From Azolla caroliniana (Eukaryota; Plantae; Polypodiophyta), in contig JBHGNT010000013.1 in assembly GCA_043228905.1 (NCBI GenBank), positions 20,398,001 to 20,462,000 of the forward strand: a stretch of DNA of 64,000 nucleotides. Reading direction: 5' to 3'. Within the stretch, counting starts at the first letter, position 1. Each line of letters opens with the position of its first letter. The notes beneath the pieces were generated by a model. That model was not told where the DNA came from and searched no databases. It was given only the letters and a program-made list of their open reading frames with translations. The position numbers and the translations under genes were made by a program. Shown here piece after piece: positions 1 to 8,829 of the stretch.

Positions 1-170
1 TGGGACACTCGTCTTGACAATCAGTCTGCCTCCCCCATTCCCTGGGAATTCGACTTCTGCGAGACCCCCCTACTCCTCACCCGCCTCTACAACTATTACC
101 CCGAAGTCGCCTCCGAACCCCAAGTCGACATCTTCCTTTACCCCCATGTTTACCACGATAAGATGTCTAC

Positions 171-956
171 TTGGGCAGCCGCAAACCCCACCCCCACTCG
201 AGGGTAGCACCACCCCATCGTCGACCCCTCCTCGAACCTCCCGACACCCAACCCTCGTGGCGTCTCCCTTGGTTCGCACACACATCCTTCCGCGAATGGC
301 TCGCCCTCCACCCCCCCCGAGTTGTGCACCAGCCCCACCTTTTTCCCCCTTCCTCATCGTTGGCCATGGCCCGATTTTTGCGCCTACCCATTCTTCAATT
401 CAACTGGCCGTTGTTCCCCCGACCCCCACGCACATCCCCGACCGAACCCGACATGATCCGGGTCATGCGACAATTCCTACGTACATACCTCGACGTCCCG
501 GACCCTGACATTCAAGCCAGCCTTCGTTTTCTACAACTTCTACTCATTCTCCTTGACTCTGGCCAGTACGAAGCCCCCCCCCTTCCAACGGCACAACCAC
601 ACAGTGTGGGGCCTCGCCTTCGATTTGAACAAAGGTCCAACTCGCCGCCAACTAGTCGGCCTTTGGACCCGCGTCAACATACGCGTTTTTTCCCCGCTTA
701 CATAAGCTTTAGTCGAAATCCCCCTTCTCCCTTCGCCGGCCACAACACCTGCACCTGGCTCACCGGCCCCAAGAAAGATTTCTTCACAACAACCGACCAA
801 CTGCAGGAAATCCGGCTACCACCATTGAACATCCGTCGTCTTCGCCATCATCTCCGCCGCCACCTACCCCCCGACGAACCCCCTTACTCAATTCTACTTG
901 CCCCCGACGCCCGAAGCTCCCCTCCCACAGTGCACCCGGGAGTGTGCACTCATTAG
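171..956 (+). CDS. Uncharacterised Pro/Arg-rich ORF ending just before a polypurine tract; probable 3' ORF or pol tail of an LTR retrotransposon entering from outside the window
   Basis: 261-codon ORF whose TAG (954-956) is followed by GGGGGGA (961-967) and TGTTG (968). Frame 1 is open from base 1 to about 205, suggesting a longer frameshifted ORF. No recognisable domain. Confidence 0.35.
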   Translation: MGSRKPHPHSRVAPPHRRPLLEPPDTQPSWRLPWFAHTSFREWLALHPPRVVHQPHLFPPSSSLAMARFLRLPILQFNWPLFPRPPRTSPTEPDMIRVMRQFLRTYLDVPDPDIQASLRFLQLLLILLDSGQYEAPPLPTAQPHSVGPRLRFEQRSNSPPTSRPLDPRQHTRFFPAYISFSRNPPSPFAGHNTCTWLTGPKKDFFTTTDQLQEIRLPPLNIRRLRHHLRRHLPPDEPPYSILLAPDARSSPPTVHPGVCTH

Positions 957-960
957 GTTT

Positions 961-1400
961 GGGGGGATGTTGAGCATTGGAATAACAACAACCATTTACG
1001 AATAAGAACGCATCAACAAGGATGTAGTACGAAGAGGAAACGGCAAGAGGAAAGGAAAGCAAAGAGACGGTCAAATGTGAAAGGCCCATACCCTAAACGT
1101 GAAAGCTATATAAACCACATAGTAGTGGCTTTTTGGGGGTTCTCCCATTTGTAAAGATCTCCTATTTATTAGAGCTAGAGCTTCCTTTCCTCCTTCTTGT
1201 AACCTTTGAGCTTAAGAGAGATTAGTGAAGTGTTGAGTTAGAGAACACTAATCTCTCTCCTTGTTGGTGCTAGACCTCTTAGCAAAGAGGGTTAATAATA
1301 GACATACTCTTCCTTCTTATTGTCTACATCTATTAATCTATTGTCTATGAGAGAGAGCTTGAGAGAGTGAGAGAGATATCGTGCTTAATCATTTACTAAC
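961..1400 (+). mobile_element. PPT plus truncated 3' LTR of an LTR retrotransposon (element F), interrupted by Copia D
   Basis: PPT GGGGGGA then TGTTGAG at 968; TATATAAA near 1107; the sequence switches to the Copia D LTR at 1401. Confidence 0.5.
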
Positions 1401-1704
1401 TGTTGAGTGAGTGCGAGGCTCGGAGGTATCCGACAACCATCTCCGTCCGATTCCCCATCAAGAGGGTATACGCCGGTCCGAATCCTGCCACGATATCGAG
1501 GAGCTTACTCCATCAATACATAGATCCTTAACAGTAGACAAGAGAGTACACAAGATGTTAACGTGGAAAACCCTAAACAGGAAAAAAAACCATGGGAGCC
1601 CACACACTCCAAACTATCACTATGTCGAAAGAATACAACAAGGGGGCATAGAGGCAATGACCTCGTGCTCACTCTCTTCGCCTGGCGGCGGTTACAACAG
1701 AGAA

Positions 1705-1761
<57 letters not shown>

Positions 1762-2043
1762 CTCTGTACAATAGTTACACCAATAACACTATACAAGATA
1801 ATGACCTACAACGACTAATAACCACCCCAAGAGTTTGCCCTAGGTCATATTTATACTAATATGACTTTCGGGCTATTTACAGATATAACCCCAGTGGGCT
1901 CTCTGGAACATATTTACATATATGTCCCTTCATCCGGTGAGAGGTTCTCATCGGGCCTGCAACATCCGGTTCTCACCGGGTCTGCATCATCCGGTTCTCA
2001 CCGGGCCTTCATCATCCCATCCGGAGGGACCTAGATCCTAACA
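1401..2043 (-). repeat. 3' LTR of Copia D (related to the Copia A and C LTRs)
   Basis: TGTTAGG...CTCAACA on minus, preceded by PPT TGAAGGGGGAGTT. Shares TATAAATATGAC and GGGTTTTCCACGT blocks with the A and C LTRs. Contains an (AG)n tract. Confidence 0.75.
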
Positions 2044-2053
2044 AACTCCCCCT

Positions 2054-3112
2054 TCACTCCGGCATGGGATGCCTCGTCAGTTCGATCCGCTTCCGGCATG
2101 CGTCCTGCTTGTCGAGTGTCAGCACCTTGGTCAGCATATCTGACCCATTCTCCTCTGTGTGGATCTTCGTCAGCATGAACTCTTGATCTTCAACTCGCTC
2201 TCGAATCCAATGGTACCTACCCTGGATGTGCTTCGTCTTGGAATGATACACCGCGTTCTTCGCAAGGCGGATGGCACTTTGACTGTTGCAGTAGAGCCGG
2301 TATTCCTCTTGCCAGATCCCTAGCTCTCCGATGAAGTCCTTCATCCATAGTATTTCATTGTCGGCTTCCACCACTGCCATGTACTCCACTTCCGTGGTTG
2401 ACAATGCAATCGTCTTCTGCAACCTCGACTACCACGAAACAACTCCCCCTGCATATGTCATGACGTATCCAGATGTTGATCGGCTGGTATCCGCATCAGC
2501 TGACATGTCTGAATCTGTGAAACCGTCAAGTTGGAATTTACCGGAGCCGAATCGGAGGCACATACTTGAGGTGCCTTTCAAGTACTGAAGTATCCACTTT
2601 ACCGCATTTCAGTGCTCCTTGTCAGGATTGCTCATGAACCAGCTCACCACTCCGATTGCGTATCCGATATCCGGTCGGGTACACACAATTGCGTACATTA
2701 AGCTCCCGACGGCATAGGCATATGGTATCTTCATCATATCCGCCTTCTCTGCCTTCATCTTCGGGCTTTGCTTACCGGATAACCTGTAGTTTCCCGGGAG
2801 TGTCGATCCAACCGATTTCGCATCTGACATGTTGAACCGTTGAAGCACCTTTGTCACGTACTTCTCCTATGACAGCCACAATTGCTTCTTTGATCGGTCC
2901 CGGATGATATGCATCCCTAGTATTTGTCTTGCCGGACCCAAGTCTTTCATTGAGAAGGTCCGATTAAGGGCCTTCTTCAGCATCCGTATCCTGACTTGGT
3001 CTCGTCCAATGATCAACATGTCGTCCACGTACAGAAGGAGTATCAAGAATTCTCGACCTTCGAACTTCTTCACAAATACGCAGTGATTGGCCTGCGTCTT
3101 GTGGTATCCTTG
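2054..3112 (-). pseudogene. pol: Copia RT C-terminus and RNase H, disrupted
   Basis: LLLYVDDML, YAVGSLMYAIVCTRPDI, LSTTEVEYMA, HSKTKHI motifs; internal stops. Confidence 0.9.
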
Positions 3113-3193
3113 CGAAGTGCTGCAAATTTCCAATTCAAACTGAGTCAGAATGTTGGGCCGAATATTGCCGAAATTGTTATCTGTGAGGAGCCA

Positions 3194-3863
3194 ATGGTAG
3201 GAAGCACCCGAATCCAGGAGCCATGTGCTAGATTCCTCATTCGTAAGCGGAACTTCTGATTCTCTTAAGTTTTCTATAAAGAGGATATTTGGGTCATCCT
3301 TCAATACTTTGGTTAAAGAACTGATGTAGTTGACGTCCTCATGCCAGCCACCCTTTTGACCAACTCATTGAGCTTTATCATTCTTAGATTTCAGGGCACG
3401 GCATTCGGCCTTGATGTGTTCGGGTTTCTTGCAATAGTTGCATATTCTATTGTCCCGAGACTTGCTCCGGCTTCGTTGATTTGTTGACGGTCGGGAATAA
3501 CTTATCCCACAATTGTTCAGTCAGTCAGCAGAACCTTGTACTGCGTAGGCGTCACTGGTCGAATCGTTTGCAAACGATTTCCTCCAAGCAGCTTCCGTCA
3601 AGATTGAGTTTGTGACTTCGGAATACTTCACGGCAGTGGCCGACGCATTGCACACAGTTGTGACGAAATTTTCCCACGAAGGGGGAGAGACTATTCATGA
3701 GCAACATTGCTTTTAACTCGTCTTCTATTGATGTCCCATTAGCTAAATTTTGGGAGCTTAAGCTTTCGTACTTGTTGAGGTGTGCCTGAACCAAGTCAAA
3801 TTCTTTCATCCGAAGGTGTCACAAACGAGTAGAACAGAGCAGAACTAAGTCGAGACTAAATAC

Positions 3864-3950
<87 letters not shown>

Positions 3951-4676
3951 ATAGACAAGAGAACAAGAACTAAATTTATTCTTCCATAACTGGTGTTGTT
4001 CACCTTGATTATAATCAAGGTGCACCCAAGTATTTATACAAGAAGGTGGAGGTATGCATGTAGGCTAGGAATAATCTAGCAAATGCATGAGGATGCATGC
4101 AAGCTAGGAAACATCTAGAGAATGCATGAAGATGCATTCTCTAGAAGTTTCTTTAATGTTCTAGTGATTAACCTATAATGTAACATGTTGAATTCATGCA
4201 AGCTAGGAGTTTCTTGAAAGTTTTAGTGATTAACCTACAATGTAATAAGTTGAATCGTATACAATAATGCACAAATGGATGTAGCTCAATTGGCAAGGTT
4301 GCCCAATAAGACTAGGAGATCATGGTTTCAAGCGCTACATTCCATCTTGGTATCATATCTATGACAGAAGGTTGTAGAGGCATCGGATCAGATATATCTT
4401 TGTTGCGGTGACCTTCTTTTCATAAGTGTTCAAAAGTATCTTCCATAGTTCGAAGGTAGTCAAATATGATTGTATTGTGAAGTACAATGACTCCAACAAG
4501 TGCATTCGAATAGTGACGTGGACAATTCTATCCAACTTCGTCCACTCATTCGGCTTATATCCTTCTAGAGTGTTTTCAGTCTCGATTGGGTCGATCTGAC
4601 CCTTCCCTATTAGGTAGTCTTGCATCTGCTCCTTCCAGAAGTTGAAGTTCGACCCGTCAAACTTCCTTAGACTCAT
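3194..4676 (-). pseudogene. gag: Copia gag and protease remnant, interrupted by a solo LTR
   Basis: FDGSNFNFWKEQMQDYL gag N-terminus, zinc-knuckle remnant near 3400-3445, WLLDSGASYH protease motif. Frame RCLYNL|RMKEFD rejoins across 3817-4366. Confidence 0.8.
3817..4366 (-). mobile_element. Solo LTR (550 bp), layout like the Gypsy B LTR
   Basis: TGTCA...TGACA termini; 5-bp TSD GAAGG (3812-3816 and 4367-4371); (AG)n(GT)n tract; minus-strand TATAAATA at 4038-4031. Confidence 0.85.
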
Positions 4677-5522
4677 CTCTGATGAGTTGGATGTTGATGC
4701 CAGCTGTGTCGATTTTGGGAGGTTCTATTCAGAGTTGGCTACGAATAATGGGTGGGTGCGGGCTCGTTCTAACCGAGTTGAACATGAGCCGAATCGGATT
4801 TGACTATCGGAAGTTCAATCCGGCGTGACTACAAGTTATTGGCCTAGTCGAATTGGATCCAAATTAGTCGATTGGATTTGGAATGGCTATGGTGAGTAGA
4901 GGGATAGAGTTGACTGATCTTCCCAAATATCACCTAGCCGAATTTAGCACAATTAACTACCAATCCTATTCCGATTGCCAATATCAAGGACTGATCACAA
5001 ATTATGTGTCGTTTGAGCCGATTATCCAGGCCGATCCTGCTTCGGGTGGCCACAACAACGAGAGGAACATATCCGACTGGTCTTTCCAAATATCCTCTAG
5101 CCGAATGAAGCACGGATGGGGGTTGTTCCTGGGGTGAACTTTGCTTCGAGTGGTTACAGCAAGTGAGTGAACAACGTCGAATGACCTATTCGATTGTCGC
5201 CTAACTGGATGAAGCACAAGTATGGCCGTCAAATTTGGAATCCCACTTCGAGCGGTTACAATCACACAAACAAAGAGCAATCGACTAGCTTACTCTAGAG
5301 GTGATTTAACACAATGAACTGCAAACTCATGGTTGTTTCTTCTTAGGATAATATGATCTTGTGAGAGTTGCTTGACTGAAGATTTCAGCTAGGTTAAAAT
5401 CTCAGAATTTGTTATATCAAGGTGTAGTCAACAGAAAGATCTCTAGATGACACAAAGAAGAGTTGCTAATGGAGACAAAGGATGACTAGTTGAAAATTCA
5501 AAAACCAAGCTCTGATACCAGA

Positions 5523-5874
5523 TGTTGTAAACAGCCGCCAGGATGTGGATCAAGATCAACACTCTTCAAATGAAGATCAGCCAGTTGATAACAAATACAG
5601 AGATGTATTAACATATTCTAGACAAAGAAAGCAACATAGATAAGGGACAAGATCAAGCAATGAAAGCAATAGTAAGAAGAGAAAGAGTTAGCCACAACAA
5701 GATGTAACTGTATTATTCTGCTCAACGTTATAATGGCACAGTATACAAAAGGAACAACCCTAAACCTAGGTTACAAAAGTCAGTTTAAATATTGATTGAC
5801 TTAGGGCAACTACCCTTTCCACTGTTTACAGAAATAGCCTAAAGCTACCAAACAATGTTGGCATATACACAACA
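5523..5874 (-). repeat. 5' LTR of the gag-bearing half of Copia D
   Basis: TGTTG...CAACA termini with PBS TGGTATCAGAGC 2 bp inside (5520-5509). Confidence 0.7.
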
Positions 5875-5918
5875 CACGTGGATGAGCTTAGATCAAGCTA
5901 CCAAACCCTGTGATATCA

Positions 5919-6243
5919 TGTAAAGAATCGAGTGTGATTCAGAAGTGTGTGTGTGTGTGTCTGTGTCTGTGTGTGTGAGAGAGAGAGAGAGAACACAAGT
6001 ATACAAAAAACTAGAAAACTGTATATTAACAAGAATGACCAACACAATACAAGAAAAGGAGAAGGTGCTTATGTAGTCACCTTCTCTCTATATTCTCTTA
6101 CTACAACCACCTCTTGGGAGTTGGGTTATAGGAGTTAAGTTTTATAACACATTAGTTATGATAGAAAGTGATGGGGTGTTCACACACTTGGATGCTCCTA
6201 GGGTGTGTTCCCACACTAGGGAAGTTGAGTTTGATTCTCAACA
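5919..6243. repeat. LTR-like dispersed repeat, copy 1
   Basis: TGTAAAG...CTCAACA; an inverted homologous copy is at 32747-33100; no clean TSD. Confidence 0.6.
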
Positions 6244-6378
6244 TGACCAACTATTGTGTCATTATGGCATCATGAAAAGAGTTTTCCTTAGGAAGGGTGC
6301 ATATCATATGTCGTTGTTTCAGAAGGGATTTATGTCGTTGGCCGAGAATAGCGAGCAAAGAGGCCTATAGTTTAATAG

Positions 6379-6846
6379 ATGGGTTCTCTAGCTATATCTC
6401 AACGAGTGCATCAATTGGACACTACTCTACTACAACAACATGCAGTGGAAGTTGAAACCCCACCGAGAGAACCAAATATTAATCTTCTGGCCAAGTTTGA
6501 TGGTACGAGGTCTCAATTTCGTGGATTTTTAAATCAAGTGCGGCTTGTGATTAAATTCCATCCTAGTCATTACCCAACTGATGTTGCTTGCATGGGACTA
6601 GTTGGTACCACATTAGCAGTACCACATTAGCATGGTTTGCACCACCCCTAGAGAAGCACTCACCGTAGTTAGAAGATTTTGAAGGTTTTTAAAGGAATTT
6701 GAAGCTAGCTTTAGAGACACTGATAATATGAGGACAACAATAAACAAAATTCAAAGATTACGACAAGGAGATCGTCCTGCTTACGCTTATGCTACATATT
6801 TTCATCCCCTGGCGTATGATATTCCATGGAACGAGGCGGGACTAAT
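6379..6846 (+). pseudogene. gag: Gypsy gag relic related to element B, 5' part, interrupted by Copia A
   Basis: KFDGTRSQFRGFLNQVRLVI matches the element B gag; continues after 23687. Confidence 0.8.
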
Positions 6847-7680
6847 TGTTGGGAGACAGGTCCCTCCGGATGGGAAGAGTGAAGAACAGTGCCGATGAAC
6901 AAACTCGGCCGAGGCCGACAGGCCGAGTCCGGAACCGGATGAGGAGTACCCGGCTACGAAGAGCCAGATGGTGCAGACCCGTTGAGAACCGGATGAGGAG
7001 TACCAGGCTACGGAGAGCCGGATGGTGCAGACCCGGTGGGAACCGAATGAGGAGTACCCGGCTATGGAGAGCCGGATGACGCAGACCCGGTGAGAACCGG
7101 ATGAGGAGTACCCGGCTACGGAGAGCCGGATGGTGCAGACCCGGTGAGAACCGGATGAAGAGACATATTCGTAAATATGTTTCTACGGAGAGCCGGATGG
7201 TGCAGACCCGGTGAGAACCGGATGAAGAGACATATTCATAAATATGTTTCTGAGAGTCCATCGAGGCTATATTTGTAAATAGCCGAAAAGTCATATTAGT
7301 ATAAATATGACTTAGGGCAAACTTATAGTGACTGTTGTTGTTGTTTTTTTCTTGTTGGCACAAGAAGAAGAAGAGAGAGCACGTAACAGTGTATAGAGAG
7401 AGAGAAACAGGTCATTGCCTCTGTAGTAACCACTGCCTGTGGCGAAGATCGTGAGCACGAGGTCGTTGCCTCCGTGAACTCACTGTTTGTACATTCCAAC
7501 ATAGTGATAGCTTGCAGCTTGTGGGTTGCCGTGGTTTTTCCCCGAGTTTGGGTTTTTCCACGTAAACATCCTGCGTACTCTTCTCTTCCATTGTGTCGTT
7601 CTTTATTTCCCGTTTTCTATGTATGATCCTAAGCTCGGTTGTGGCCGAGCGTTGCGTATAGGGAGCGTTCAGTTCCGACA
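6847..7680 (+). repeat. Copia A 5' LTR (834 bp) with 54-bp tandem array 6932-7214
   Basis: Direct repeat of 22758-23687; four 54-bp units plus one 67-bp hybrid unit. Confidence 0.95.
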
Positions 7681-7709
7681 AGTGGTATCAGAGCGAAACG
7701 ACACAGAAA

Positions 7710-8379
7710 ATGGACGAATCGTTTGGCTGCATGTTGAAGCTCACCGGCTCAAACTATTCAGTGTGGAAGTCGAAGATGAGGGACATGCTCGTGTTTAAAG
7801 ACCTCTGGCTGCCGGTTCAGTTCAGGGACAAGAGACCAGACAAAATCGACGCCACGATATGGGAGGTGATGCACATGAAGACAACGGCGTACATACGGTG
7901 CTTCATCGACATGAGCCTGTACAACAACTTCAATGAAGAGAGCAAGGCTCATGAGCTCTGGGAGAAGATTGGCATAATGTTTCTAAACAAAAATGTTGTC
8001 AATCAGGTTTCGGTATTCCGGAAGCTAGTAAGACTCCGGTACCAAGATGGCTCCAGCATGGCGGAGCACATGAATGCCTTCCAGGGGTTGATCCACCAGG
8101 CAACTTCATTGGAAGTACCTCTCGCCGATGAGGTACTAGCGTTACTCCTGCTCGGTTCCCTCCCGGATAGCTGGGAGACGTTGGTTGTCACTTTGGGCAA
8201 CGCCGGGCCGGAAGGAAAACGGTTATCCCTAGCAAGAGTAAAGTCGAGCTTGCTAGATGAGGAGGCGCGTCGGAAAGATAAAGATACGAGCTCCGACTCC
8301 AAAGCGCTCCTTACCGAATCGGAACGCGGAAGACATAGAAACCGTAGTCGCCAGAATCGGGAGAAGTCGGGGACACGGT
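7710..8379 (+). pseudogene. gag: Copia A gag, 5' part
   Basis: LTGSNYSVWKSKM and LPDSWETLVV motifs; cut by Gypsy B at 8380 and resumes at 19371 (SKSRGRPTCFYCGKPGH). Confidence 0.9.
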
Positions 8380-8829
8380 TGTCAGGAATAGCACTAAAAC
8401 AGAGATGGAATTAGTACTAAGAACAGCAGTACTATTAGTACTAAGAGGACGGGACTGCGTAAGATTCCCGAGAGAGGAAGTGAGAAGAGGAGAGAGAGAG
8501 AGAGATAGCGAGAATGAGAGAGAGAGAGATGATGACAGCAGCTATATATTATGTGAAAAGATAAGTACAAGCGGCTAAGAGGCTTAAGACTGGCGTTGAA
8601 CCAATTTGGTTCAAAACAATGCCTTGTGCCTCCTTTTATAGTGTTTTTAGGAATAATCCTGAAGCTTCTAGAATGTTCCAGAGAGATCTGGAATATACAT
8701 CAATTTTCTATGATAAAGTATAAATGAAAATAATATCCTACAAAATACAATTCATAATCTAATGGTAAGAGCTCGACCCATGTAGCATAAAGTCATGGGT
8801 TCGAGTCTTGCCATGACACTATCTCCCCC

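Larger units (their letters stand above)
1401..5874 (-). mobile_element. Chimeric, internally deleted Ty1/Copia relic (element D)
   Basis: Minus-strand order: LTR 5874-5523, tRNA-Met PBS 5520-5509, leader, gag-protease 4676-3194, RT/RNase H 3112-2054, PPT 2056-2044, LTR 2043-1401. The two LTRs are unrelated and integrase is absent. Confidence 0.8.

Noticed and set aside
968-1435. Alternative LTR end for element F at CCGACA (1435)
   Set aside because: 1401-1435 fits better as the U5 end of the Copia D LTR (GGTTGT...CTCAACA, as in Copia C).
4276-4345. Functional tRNA gene (also 8750-8818)
   Set aside because: I could not fold a convincing cloverleaf with anticodon and acceptor stems; reported only as tRNA-like promoter modules.
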